From: Octopus vulgaris | Taxonomy: Eukaryota | DNA length: 64,000 nucleotides | Assembly: GCA_951406725.2 (NCBI GenBank) | Contig: OX597816.1 | Span: 125,984,001 to 126,048,000 of the forward strand | Direction of reading: 5' to 3' | Shown here: positions 28,381 through 41,822 of the stretch, piece by piece | Numbering within the stretch: the first letter of the stretch is position 1 | Layout: each line of letters starts with the position of its first letter | Made by a program: the position numbers and the translations under genes | The notes under the pieces: model-generated | What the model was told of the DNA's origin: nothing | Databases searched by the model: none | The model's input: the letters and a program-made list of their open reading frames with translations, nothing else

Positions 28381-28769
28381 ATATATAATTATATATATAT
28401 ATTATACATATACACATATACAATAGATATGTATTGCTAATAAAACATTCATTAATTAGCCACCTTGACATTTATTACATGCAAGTTAACTCTCTCAGCT
28501 GAAAGAGAACTTAATGTAATAAATATTGATCCAGACTATAAGTACCAAACAAAGTTATGTGGTCAAAATGACTGACTAAAATCATTTACAGGTGGTGTCC
28601 TAATATGACTGTAGCACAAAGGGTGAGAAAAGTAAAGGAATAAACACTGTAAACAAAAGTAAAAAAACTAGGTAATACAAAGTAAAAAAAGTGAAAACTC
28701 TAAGTAAAAGAGAGCAAATATAGATAGCAGTAAAGAACCAATATAAACATTTGTAATGTGAAAACTTAC

Positions 28770-28978
28770 CAAACCAAGTAACTTTAAGAGGAAGTTCGAA
28801 TATTTTCAGATCACTAGTTTTATTCATACTGAAAAATATTGCAGAATCATTCAAAAGGAAATTTCTTGGAGTGGATACTGTAACTATTATTTCAGTTTCA
28901 GTAATTTCATTCCCATAGCTGTAAACACCAACTGCAAGGCTAAGTAAGCACATACAGGACATGATGGCCAAGTACATA
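28770..28978 (-). CDS. Segment B first coding exon: signal-peptide/TM-like MYLAIMSCMCLLSLAVGVYSY plus ~50 aa with N-glycosylation sequons (NDS, NKT)
   Basis: tttcttttgtag|T ATG..G|gtaagt, 209 nt; ends in phase 1, matching the EGF exon. Confidence 0.88.
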
Positions 28979-29849
28979 CTACAAAAGAAAACAAAGACAG
29001 AATAAAAAAATCATTTTGAATCTTCATTTATATTAGAAAATCATGTTTAATAGCCAAATAAATATTTAAATGAAAATATTAGATTTTGAGCTCACAACAA
29101 CTTGTAATAATATATTGGTTTACTGACTAGTGACTGGCTGTCATACTAAATTATGCATTTATCATCAAAGTACTCTAATAACTTAACTCTAAGTTTCCAA
29201 ACCAATCAATACACATTGGATAATTCGATGAATTTAGATAACTGAACACATATTTATTTACAGCTGAATGCTCTTCTTAATATTAACAACTTTGGTAAAA
29301 GTAGTGCTTAATTTTTGGCTAAGTCAGTTGTAGCAAATGGTGTAATGAACGTCTGAATATGAGATGGTTCTGTAGCAAGATTTAAACAACCACTTATTAT
29401 ACTGCATTAATTCACAATTTTAAAATAATAATCTTTTGAGGATGTATTGCAGAAATCATTTTAATCATGAGATTATAGTAAATATATGAAAAGTGCAAAT
29501 GATGTTTTAATCTACAAAATAAGTCACTAACAGTCTATATCACATCACAAGCATGATGCTGGGGACACATGTAAGCTGTCTCAAGTATTACTGTTTCTAC
29601 ACAGGAATCTCTACTTCAAATTTTATTTTCTTTACCACACATCCATGATCACCTGTATTGTGTCAGTTTTCTGATAAAGGTAACTAGGATCTCTTTCTTC
29701 CACCAGTGAACTGGAGTTGAAATCTCCAGCCAGACAACACCATCACAAGTGATACTGGAGAAGGCTGCTTTGGCTTTATCTTAACATGATTCTCATTCTG
29801 TTAGTTCAATACATTTTCTAATTTACATGAACAACCTACTAATTTTCTC

Positions 29850-30100
29850 TTTTACACTCCGTTGGTCATAATGACAAGTGTTCCAGTTGATCTAATCAAC
29901 AAAACAACCTGGTCATGAAATTAACGTGTAAGTGGCTGAGCACTCCACAAATGTGTACACTTAACATAGTTCTCAGGGAGATTCAGTGAGACATAGAATG
30001 TGACATAAAATGCTCAAGATATAATGTGCAACCAGGAATTGAACTCACAACATTATGATTGTGAGCCAAATACCCAAACCTATAGGCTATATGCCTTCAC
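29850..30100 (-). mobile_element. Decayed SINE
   Basis: gtggctgagcactccaca..ttaacatagttctcagggagattcag body and a reverse tRNA-like head (ccaggaattgaactcacaac). Confidence 0.65.
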
Positions 30101-33100
30101 ACACACACAAACAGAAATGACACCCACTTCATGGTTTTGTTGTTGAAGCCAAAACAACCTTGAATTGGTTTCTCTATAAGCTTCTCATAAATGGTAATTA
30201 GAATACCTAACAGTAATGCAAAAACAGCAAATACCTAAAGTTGCAAATCTCACCCAACATATGCTACTCTAGAAATATTGATTTAAAAGTCAAAATAAAT
30301 ATAAACAGTAGAAGAAAAAGCATGGGGTAGGAGGTTAGATCCAACAGAAAAATCTGCATATCAATTACATATATGAGCTAACTATTTCTGAACTTAATGT
30401 TTGGGTCATAAAACAGTCAATACAAAAAACTGTTCTTACATTTATACATTTATTAATCTAATCTTACAAAACAAGTTAATATCTAATTAATATTTACATG
30501 ACCAAAATATATATCCTTCATTAGCTTCCATATGTTTCATGAGGTTTCATTCAGCTTGTGTTGGTAGATGGCAGTGAAGTAATACTAGAGTGTCCTCTAC
30601 AGAGTACAGGTCTGAACAAGATTAATTATATGGAAGACCAACAACTGTTCATGTAACTTAAGTCTGTCCTTTCCATGTTACCAATGTTACTTTAGGGAAA
30701 GTTGAAGATTAGTATGGTTTGGGAACAGTGTTATCAGTGAACATAATGCCAGACTCCTGTTCTTGATTCAATTGACTCCAATACTTGGAGACTGATATTA
30801 TTTTATTGACTCTAACCATAGAAACAGATACAGTTTTAAATGCAGTTCATAAAGGCTAGGATGAATATTACATGACATTTCATTTGATATACTTATAATT
30901 AGGCCGTAAAATCTTTATATTTATCATTATAAGAATGTAAATGAATTTATGTAAATGAAATGCTATATAAATGAAATTTTGATAACAAAAATCACTCTGA
31001 AAGATCTAAAAAGAAAATGCAAGAATGTTTTCAATAATTTTGCCATACTGGATTATAATAGTATTGGAATTTTGTGGGAAATAAAACACTGAGGAATAAT
31101 AAATGTCAAATACTAAACGATATAACATCAGCTTGTTGAGATGATGTAGCTGATTTGAAAGCAAAATTCTTATAGTCTGACATCCAAAAGAAAGAAAATG
31201 GTGAAAATTCTTAACATGTTCAACATGTCTACTTTTTATTTTTAATACTAAAAAATGATATTATCTTGTTTTCAATAATCACATGGATAATACATTTACA
31301 AAGTAGTGTTAATGTTATTGATCTTAATATTGTTGTCACTTTCAGAAATAAAATTTCTTGTGAATTGTAAGGCCAAAAGTCTATGAAAATAAAAAAGTAA
31401 AATAGCAAGTACCATATTCAGAAAGAAAACTATTTGATTTCACTTAAAACCTATATTATTACTATATAATTATAAATGAAATATTTCTTAAATAAAAAAA
31501 TCAAAGAGCCAGAGTTGAAGTTGGTACAAAATATATAAACGGACAGCAAGTAATAAAAAAAATGTTATTATGTTATAAAAAGTAAAAATGTTATTTGTTA
31601 ATAAGAAAATGAATACTTGTATATTTTTTGATATGCTTTTGTATCTCACAGTTGTTACATAAATACTTTTGCTTATTTTATTATAAGATTCTCTGTGTAA
31701 TAAACCAGCATTTATTGGTTTAAGAATATATCTAAATTAACAGTATGAACAAACATGACTTTCATTAAGAATTATATTCTAGGTTCAAAGGTTTTCCATA
31801 TGTTAATCTATTAACTCATTTCAAAACTTCTCTGAACAGGTCTCCTTTTGTTAACAAGTATTAATTTTGATAAATCACAATATAACCATTACTTAAACTC
31901 TTAAAAAACTAATGTAATTATTTCTGAACTTAGTTTTATACAATTCAACAGTAATTTCAGTATAAGTTTCAAGCTAAGATTTCTTACTTCATTAGTTACA
32001 ATATTGAATTCAGATACTTTTAAGCAATTTATTCCTGACTATAACAACATCTCTTTAATTGAGTCATATACATATTCACAATAACTATTTTATGTCATTT
32101 GATCAAAGAAATGGCATTTTTAAAATAGAGAGTCATTGTGCTTATTCCAAAGACTCCAATTCTGAGTTTTAATTAACTGATTTAAAATAAAAAATTTCTA
32201 ACGTTGATACAAGGCCTCAAATTTTGGAACTTGTTTATAAATTCAAGAGGAATGAAAGGTAAAGTCAAACTTTTCCATGTGTGAACTCATATCATGAAGT
32301 ATAACTAAATAGGTTAAGATGTTTTGTCCAGCAAAATACCAATCCTGCCATCTACTGTCTATAATACTAGTAGCATAGTTTTTGAATGTGTTAAATTGAT
32401 CACCAACAATAATGCCTTAGTTGTAAAGTATCAACACAAAGTAGCACCATTACAGATGTTAGAGCAATACTCCAGAATGGGCCCCAACAGAACCTTGTAG
32501 ATATCAATAACTGTTGGTCGGAGGCTGAATTATCTTTGACTGTAAGCAGAGGGTCATTCAATGGGATGCAGCCTTAGCAATCTTAAGGATGTGCTTTTGC
32601 ATCCACAATGATAGTGAGACTTAATAATTGGAGTGATTTTGAAGATCAGAGCTGAATGCTGCTCATAATTAAGTGAGGTGTGGTGCAATACTGTTCTTTT
32701 GATATAAGCATCAGTTTTTTTGCTACTGAAATAAACAAATGCCAAATCCTCATTTGAGGATACCTTTCAAGATCTTTGTTTATGTGAGTTTGGAGAATTA
32801 CAAACCTTAAAATTACAATGTTTTAAAACTGCTATTGTTCTTCAGTCATTTTGTACCATATCTAAACTTCTAACTATTTATAAAATACACAACAAAGGAA
32901 ACTCATAAATAGTTAGACCAACAGATTTTGTTATTCTTAGAAAAAAATCATTTGAGAGCTCATTACTAGCCATTAATTTCTTGATATGATGATACTAAAA
33001 TATGCATATGGTTGCCAAAAATCAATAGCTTTTATTACAATAATGTGAATTTTAGCAATATATGTCTGTGACTTAAAAAATAAAGTAGATCATGGGATTA

Positions 33101-33264
33101 TATCATTAAATAAACATTATTTTTATGTCTAATTATACAAAAGCAGAATGACAAATTGTTCTCTTTTGTCTTTTGCTCAAATGAAATTCAAATTACAATA
33201 AGCCAAAATTCTACAATACTCAAAATACTTAAATATACACAACTGTACATAAAAAAGTACTTAC

Positions 33265-34019
33265 TGTTTTGATCCTGATGTAGGTTTTCTTCCAACACTA
33301 CCACTACTGGTACCTTGACCTTGACCAGGCTGCTCCTCCTTAGGACTTTCAGCACCTCTGGAATTCCTTAGTGACTGATATTTGGGAGGAACTTGAGGCG
33401 GAGCAACTCCTAACAAAGTTTTACTACGTTTCGGAGTAGATTGGTTTGACTGAGAGCGTCCATTTGTTTCATCTCCAGAATCAGGGGTCATAGGACTCCC
33501 AAGCTTTCCAGGAGACGCAGCTCTTGGAGATATTGGGCGAAAAGTTGCCAGTCGAGGTTGACCTTGTCCTGAAACACTAGATGATAACCAAGCTGCTTTT
33601 GATTCAGCAGAGGATGTGATTGAAGATGCTGGTTGTACTTCTTCAAGGTTAGGCATTGGAAACATTTGTGAAGGATCTTCAATTCCAGGATCAACATCAA
33701 CAGTAGTATCTGTGGTTCCAAGAAATACTTTCTGTGCTTCATTTCCAAAAATTGGGTCACTGCTACTTCGAAATGCTGAAGACTGTCCACTCTCAGGCAA
33801 AGTACTAATTTCATCTGCAAGCTGAATATTTCCTGTGGGACTGAAGCTAGGTGTATCGATTTGAGAAGGCTTAACTAAAACATTAACAAAAGCATCAGAT
33901 GAATCAGCTGCTGTTCTACTTTTATACTGTTTTGTTCCATCCTTACTGTGGATTTCAGCAGCTGTTACCAGAATTCTACTTTCATCGCTTGCTGCTGACT
34001 GAAATTCTTGAAAATCACT
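33265..34019 (-). CDS. Segment A large Ser/Pro-rich cytoplasmic exon (SDFQEFQSAASDE...GRKPTSGSKQ); runs to a stop at 33261-33263 if the donor is not used
   Basis: ttttttatttgtag|AGT, phase 0; open for 251 codons; higher GC than flanks; ends AAA CA|gtaagt. Confidence 0.92.
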
Positions 34020-34118
34020 CTACAAATAAAAAAAAAAGGCATACCAAATCACTCAAGTTGATAATTAGCACAATTTTCATATTTACAAAACTATTACATA
34101 TAACAGACAGCTACTTAC

Positions 34119-34343
34119 AGATGGCTCAATTATTGATGTCCTTGAACTGCTTTCAGAAAGGTCACACTGCTCCATGCCCTCATCTCCATTGCCTTTCTTC
34201 TCAGGCCAGGCCAAATCAACCCTAACAGGTAAAGTTGCGTATTCACTTTTCATGAATTCGGTTTCTTCTTCATCTCTCTCCCCACCACTGTCATCAGATA
34301 AGTCCTTTGTAGCTTCAAAGGCTCCTGATTTCTTCAATTCCTC
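34119..34343 (-). CDS. Segment A acidic cytoplasmic exon (EELKKSGAFE...KSEYATLPV...SIIEPS)
   Basis: ttattttcttattag|GAG..TCT|gtaagt, 225 nt, phase 0-0; 99-nt intron to the next exon. Confidence 0.92.
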
Positions 34344-36760
34344 CTAATAAGAAAATAACAAAAATTTATTTAAATCAGATTAGTGGATTAAAACAAAAAT
34401 ACTTTCTGAATACTGAGGAAATATCTTTTGATAAAATTTAAAGAAAATCAGAACACTATAAAATATGAATATACCTCTTTGCATCAAGTAAAATAAGTGG
34501 TTATTACAAATTATAGACAGATAGATATAAATATATACATAAGTATACATAGATATGTGTATGTCCATATATCTACATATACATATATGTAAATACTCAT
34601 TCTTAACATGTTCTAGCCAATTCAGACATAAGTTAAACACCACTGTTTACCATCGTTGGAGAATATCTTCTCCTTTTTCATGCATGTATGTTCATAACAC
34701 CCTCGATTCATTGATGTAATAGAACTTTGAGAAAGACTATTTTGACCTGGTTGTGTCTCTCCAGGCTAACTTATACCTAGAACAATGAATCTAAATGAGA
34801 GCTATGGCTTTTTTGTATAGGCAGGTATCAATAAAAATTTATTTACTAAATCCTGTATACTAGCTGAGGCACTGTTTTGCTTAGGTGCTGAAATTTAGCT
34901 CATCATTAGACAGGGTAAAAAAAGAGAACTACCCATATAGTAAGCTTGTTTCTGAACATTTATAGCTAACAATCCTTCTTCTCATAGAAGGTCAATTCAC
35001 TGTAGGACTTCAACCTTACACACATACACACACACCTTTAAATATTATAAACTTTAATGACCATGTTCTTCATACATGAATATTTTATAAACATAAACAA
35101 ATTTAAATATGAAACCATGAAAGATTATATTAAGTTCTACACTGTATAGCATTTGAAACAAGATACTAAGCCCACAAAGATATAATTTTGACACAGGTAA
35201 TTTTAATAATTATCATTTGCCAATATATACTGTCATTTAAAAGGAATAAGCATGTCTCTGTGTGGTATATTTATGTGAGAAAGGGAGAAAAAATGAGAAA
35301 ACGGGGGAGTTTAACACTATTGTGAATATCAGATTTCATCTTGACCATCTCGTTTCTTGAATCTTCACTGTTTATCCAAGAGAGATCTTGGAACTGCAAT
35401 TTTTTCTTTCATCCTTTATTTCAAAATCATAATGGATTTGTGCAAATTTTGGATAACATTCATTGAGAAATGTTAAGATTAATTTAAGATAAACAGCCTA
35501 AAATCCTGCTTATCAATATGTGTGTATGTGTGAGTATGAATGTGAATATAGGAAAATATTGAAAATATAGATATGTATATTTACAAATTAAAGCTTGAAA
35601 GTAAGAACATAAGATCAAAGATTCACTGATGATTGGTTTCAGGCTTAATGCTATTTTTGTACAATACCATTTATATTGATGGCATCATTCCCTCACACGG
35701 GTGGAATACAATGAGTTACTTGCAAGCAGGTTCATAAACTGCAGAACTAGTTGAATTTATAGGAATGCAAAACTGAATTGAAAAGTATTATTTATATATT
35801 TATTAGAAATGGACAGCAAGAGTGAGTGAAAAAGAAATTTTTATGCTGAGGTAAAAAAGCTTTGGGCATAGAGGATGAAGTGAAAAGTTTAAACCAAAGA
35901 AGTTCTTCAGATTTACTTAGTTAAACTGAATTCATTGTTACTTAAATTCCATTAGTAGGGAATGAAGTGCATAATAATTTCATCCATGAATACAGCTAGG
36001 CAGGGACTTAAAAAATTAGACTGAGTAATGTGAACACAATAATATGCATATTTTCATACACAAACACTGAATACAATGATTTACATGAACAAAGTGCATT
36101 ACATCCCAAAGTCCATAGAGTTATCTGTATAATTAAACAAATACACAAACATACAAACATACATAAAAATATACTTTCCAGCTTTATACATCAAATGATA
36201 CATGCATGCACAAGAGGCACACAAAAATATACATATGTATTATATATTTATTCATTAGCTTTTATGCCACATTTTTCAAGTTTGCATGAATTAGATACAG
36301 ACTTATTTGACAATATTTTATGGCTGGATGCACTTCTTATAACTAATACTTGCTTCTTATTCAAGAAAAGGACTTCTTTAACTCATTGTCTTCAGGTACT
36401 AGTCTTTCTATGATTTTCCATATGCATATTATTGCTCCAGGGAGTAAAGCTGTACTTTTCTCAGCCTATCTCTGTAACTCAACCACTGCATGGTTTCAAG
36501 ATTTTTAGTGAGCTGGCATTAGACTGCTTCAAGCTCAGCTGTTCATTCTGGACTATTTGGTAACCATAGATTGTATCAATAGTCCAGGTGGCTGAGAACA
36601 AAGGTTCTCCACAGAGTCAACACGGTCTCTTGGTCTCGTCTTCAAGGAACTCAGTATCAATCCTGCCAGTTGTCTGCACTTCGCTGCCATTTTGCTTTAG
36701 TACATATATATAAATATAAATATATATCTATCTATATATATATATATATATATATATATA

Positions 36761-39243
36761 ACTTAGAAAGGTTTTTGGCCAGTATTGGCCCAGGCCATGT
36801 CTAACTTAATAGCACCACCTGGCGAAGTCTTTCAGTTCAGGATTTGGGCACCAAGGCCCATTCGAGCAGAGAGTTATTGTTTGCGGAGACATATCCGGGT
36901 GTGGGTGGTTTGTCCGGTACTGTTTGAAGGAATTTCTCCAAAGACTTCTTGAATTTTGTGTGGTCAGTTTCTTTTTTGACATGTCCTGGTGTAATGTTGA
37001 AGAGAGCGGGTCCAATTGAGGTGAAATAGTTGTGCCGTATTGTCGTTATGTGATGCGATTTAGATTTTTGTTGTGGACGGATGGCACGTGGTCCAAGCCT
37101 TGGATGCATTTTGAAGGTGATGCCAACATCATTCGGACAGTGCTGATGGAATATTTTCCACATCATACAGATAATGTAGCGTTCACGGCGTCGTTGGAGT
37201 GAATACAATTTCAGCTTCTCTAGTCTACCCCAGTAGTCAAGGTCTGACATGCCATCTATCTTTTTTGTGATTGACCTTTGGGGAGCTTCAATTCTCATAA
37301 TATTTTGTTTTGTGTAGGGAGACCACAGTGGACAGCAGTATTCAAGGTGGGGTCGGGCAAAAGTGGAGAAGAGAAGGATAATAGCGTGGGAATCTCTCGA
37401 CTGGAAGGTTCTGAGAATCCAGGAACACATTCTGCGGGCCATGTCAACTTTGCTGCTTATATGTGTAGCCCAGCTTATGTTGTTGTCCACTGTTACTCCC
37501 AGGTCTCTGATGTTGTTGGATGCCATGAGAATTTCTCCAGAAGGAAGAGAGTATGGGAGTTTCAGAGCGTCCTCCCTTCCAAAGTGGATCAGTTCGAATT
37601 TGTCTTCATTTAGCAACATGTTATTCTTTTCCGCCCATTGGACAACAGCCAGTAGGTCTGACTGAAGGTTTATTCGGTCATCCACGCCATTGATGACCTT
37701 CTGGAGCTTGGAATCATCAGCGAAGGTTCTGATGTTACTGTGTTTGATGGTGTCAGTAATATCATTTATGTAGATGATGAAGAGAAGTGGGCCCAACACA
37801 GTGCCTTGTGGGACACCACTGCTGACTTTGGCTGGGCTGGATTTGACTCCTTCGACTACAACATGTTGGGTTCTGTTAGACAGGAAGCACTTGATCCATT
37901 GCAGCAGCTTTCCAGTGACACCAATATTGGACAGCTTTCTCAGAAGGATCTTATGATCAACCCTGTCAAAGGCCTTGATGAAATCAAGGTAGCTGACATC
38001 AGTGTTGGAACCTTCTCCCAAGGCTCTCAAAATGTCATCAAAATGATGCAGTAGCTGCGTCAGGCAATCTCTCCCATTACGGAATCCATGCTGGTTGGGG
38101 TTCAGCATATTATGACTCTCAAGGAAGTGAGTCATACGCGATCTCAGCACCCTCTCAAATACCTTGATGATATGAGAGGTGAGTGAGATTGGACGGTAAT
38201 TCACGGCAAGCGATTTGTTTCCTTTTTTGAAAACTGGGACAACAGACTGGGATAGAAGGTCTTCTGGTATATATCCAGCATCCAGTGAGTTCCGCCACAG
38301 ATTGGCTAGAGGGGGTGCAAGTTGGTTTTGACACATCTTCAAGACACAAGCAGGGAACCTATCGGGACCTACTGCTGAATTATGCTTCATTTCCTTTATA
38401 GCTGCTAAGACATCAGGAGCACCAAATGTTATGTCCGATAAAGTGTATTGGGGAGTAACATCACTGATACAGCCCAGATCAGTCATATCAGGATTGCTGA
38501 AAACAGAGCAATATTGTTTCTGCAATATCTCTCCCATGGTTTTGGCATTGTCTTGAAGAGTACCATTTTCATCAATCAGAGGGCCAACAGTAGAACCAGT
38601 GACTCTGTGTTTTTTTGCAAATGAAAAGAACACTTTGGGATTGAGTTTGATCTTCTCAATGGCCCAGGCCTCTTCAGCTCTTCGCTGACTATTGATGATA
38701 GACATCATGTTGTTTTGGAGTTTATGTTTTTTAATCTCTAGCGACGAGATGGCAGTCAGGTTGGTGTGTTGCTGTTGACAGTATTTCAGCATGTTGATCT
38801 TTTTGTTGATTCTTTTAATTTTCCTTATGAGAGATTTTCTATTTCTAGGGATTCGACACTTAGATTTGTTTGCAGATCTTAATGGGGTGTGTCTTGCACA
38901 TATGTTCGTGATGGTGTCTACAAGTGACTGCCAGGACTTTTTGATGTTAGTGGGTGTGTATGTGTGCGTGAAGGACCAATCGACTTGTGCAAGATCATTA
39001 TTGATCGCTTCCCAGTTTGCATTGTGGAAATCCATAGTGTCAAATGGATGAACAGGAGGGATGACATTTGTTTTGCATTTTGGCCAGTGAAATCTCAGAT
39101 CACAGAGAACCATGTCATGGTCGAAGAGTAGGGTTTTCTCCACTGCAACATTGTGGATAGTATCAGTGTGATTGCTGAAAATTAAGTCTAAGACGTTTTT
39201 GTGACATCTCGTTGGTTCGAGTACCAGTTGGGACAAGAAGAAA

Positions 39244-39244
<1 letters not shown>
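36761..39244 (-). mobile_element. Young 5'-truncated non-LTR retrotransposon (CR1/Jockey group) with an uninterrupted RT frame
   Basis: ~800 open codons: end of APE (EPTR..LDLIFSN..FDHDMV), NYRPISLTS, QHGFRNGRDC, LDFIKAFDRVDH, GVPQGTVLGPLLF, FADD. Short 3' UTR with inverted repeats. Both ends abut (TA)n. Confidence 0.96.
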
Positions 39245-39296
<52 letters not shown>

Positions 39297-39306
39297 TATA
39301 TATATC

Positions 39307-39389
<83 letters not shown>

Positions 39390-39528
39390 ACACATACGTA
39401 AATATATATATACATATATATACACATACATAAATATATACATATACGTACACATACATAAATATATATATAAATATATACATATATATACACATACATG
39501 AATATATATATATGTACATATATATATA

Positions 39529-39562
<34 letters not shown>

Positions 39563-40130
39563 TAATACATGTACATATATATATACATGCATACATATAT
39601 ACATACATAAGTATATGTGTACATATATATATATACATATATACATATATATACATACATAAATATATATATATACACATATATATATACATACATAAAT
39701 ATATATACACATATATATATATATACATACATAAATATATATATACACATATATATATACATACATAAATATATATACACATATATATATACATACATAA
39801 ATATATATACACATATATACATACATGAATATATATATACACACACGCACATATATATATACATACAAATATATACACACACACACACACATATATATAT
39901 ATACATACATACATATATATACTTATATATGTATATTTATTTACATATATATATACACACACACATATATATATATATACATACATATATATATACACAC
40001 ACACATATAATATATATACATACATATATATTATACACATACATATATATATATATACATACATACATATATATATATATATACATACATACATACATAT
40101 ATATATATACACACACACACATATATATAT

Positions 40131-40215
<85 letters not shown>

Positions 40216-40241
40216 AGTACATATATATATATATATATATA
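39245..40241. repeat. ~1 kb complex (TA)n/(TACA)n/(CA)n microsatellite
   Basis: Directly visible; source of the YI/CV low-complexity ORFs. Confidence 0.97.
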
Positions 40242-41557
40242 TAGTGATCCCTCGCTACTTCGCAGTTCAACTATCTCGGATTCACGACTTCGCGGATTTT
40301 AAAAATAAATATATATGAACACCTAAAATTTTTCATTAATTCCATTAAAATATTAATAATAAATATTACCTAGTCTAGGAGCAACAAAACAAGCGTAAAA
40401 TAGCAAAAAAAGCATATACAGGGGTATTTGAACTTAAGATGGGCTGTGATTGGTGCAATGGAGACGACAAATCACAGCTTTCTATTTTGTAATCTAGCCT
40501 GTGATTGGTGCTTTGACCAATGCTCAGATCCACAGTGTCTTCCCTTGTCTCCCTCGTGCGGCCATTTCGCTTCAAGCTATCTCGCCGAGTGGTTTACTGT
40601 ACTACTTTACACTGTGCTGTGTGTGATTTCTTTTTTAGTTTCTTTGCATTGAACTTTGCATTTTCATCCCCTGCAATGGCTCCCAAGCATGCTGCTTCTT
40701 CCAAGGCTGGCACTGAGCCTAAACGCAAATGAAGAATAATGACGATTGCTGAGAAGGTGAAACTTCTGGATATGTTGAAAGAAGGGAGAACTTTCACTGT
40801 TGTAGCACACCATTTTAGCATGAATGAATCCACCATTCGCTACATCAAGAAGGACGAGGCTAACATTAAGAAGATAGCTGCCATCACCTTTAATATATCA
40901 GTGAAGAGAGTGGTTATGGCTCATAATACAACTATCATCCGTATGGAAGCTGCTTTGGCTGTATGGATAGCCGTCTGCCGAAAGAAGAACATAGCTTTGG
41001 ATACGAACATCATCCAAACAAAAGCTTGGAGCCTGTATGAGATTTTCACCACTAAGGAACCTGAGGAAGACAGTGGCAACCACAAAGAAGAGGAAGAAGG
41101 CAAAGACGATGTGGAAAATCTGCAACCAGGGACGTCCAGTGATTTACAACCTAAAGAACGTCCTTTTTCTGCTAGCAAAGGGTGGTTTGTTAAGTTTCAG
41201 AAACGCTTCAGCCTAAAAAGCGTTTGCATGGCGAGGGAAGAGCACCACCATCAGTTTCATAATCATCATCATTTCTACTGTGCAGCAAATTCATCACCAT
41301 CATCATTCAAATTTTATTTCAACTTCTTTCATGATGAGTACAGTAACAATCTTTATTTTTTTTAATCTATAGCTTAACAGTTGTCCTTGTTATTAATAGA
41401 CTACTGTAATAGGTTGGTTGTTAACAGTATAGGGAGGGTTTTAAAAGTCCAAATACAAGTTAAATAAATACTGCAAATATGGTGTCCCTACTTGCGGAAA
41501 TTCAGTTATCGTGGCCAGTCTCAGAACCAATCTACCATGATAAACGAGGGATCACTG
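40242..41557 (+). mobile_element. Tigger/pogo-family DNA transposon, internally deleted
   Basis: TA|tAGTGATCCCTCG ... CGAGGGATCACTG|TA termini. MAPKHAASSKAGTEPKRK*RIMTIAEKVKLLDML (ATG 40676, one in-frame TGA), HTH-psq and CENP-B HTH, FSASKGWFVKFQKR. DDE domain missing. Confidence 0.93.
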
Positions 41558-41571
41558 TATAAATATATATA

Positions 41572-41822
41572 AATCATCATCATCATCGTTTAACATCTGC
41601 TTTTCATGCTAGCATGGGTCGGACGATTTGACTCAGGACTGGTGAACCAGATGGCTGCACCATGCTCCAATCTGATCAGGCAGAGTTTCTACAGCCGATT
41701 GTCTTTCCTAATGCCACCACTCTGATAGTGTAGAGGCTGCTTTTATGTGCCACTGGCATGAGGGCCAGTCAAGCAGTACTGGCAATGGCCACACTCAAAT
41801 GGTGCTTTTTATGTGCCACCTG
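41572..41822 (-). mobile_element. SINE ((ATC)n-tailed family)
   Basis: atcatcatcatcatcgtttaac..catgctagcatgggtcggacg..ttcctaatgcca..gcttttatgtgccac. Confidence 0.8.

Noticed and set aside
33488-34225. Overlapping ORFs 33488-33820, 33616-33825 and 33899-34225
   Set aside because: Alternative-frame or antisense shadows of real exons
37278-39051. Several + strand ORFs
   Set aside because: Antisense shadows of the LINE RT frame
39163-40270. Long YI/CV/TH-rich ORFs (up to 302 aa) on both strands
   Set aside because: Translations of the (TA)n/(CA)n microsatellite; the MCIYIYI start of the 818-aa ORF is likewise artefactual
40676-41365. Domesticated TIGD/CENP-B-like gene
   Set aside because: Retains TIRs and TA duplication, has an in-frame stop at 40730 and lacks the DDE domain, so it is a dead transposon
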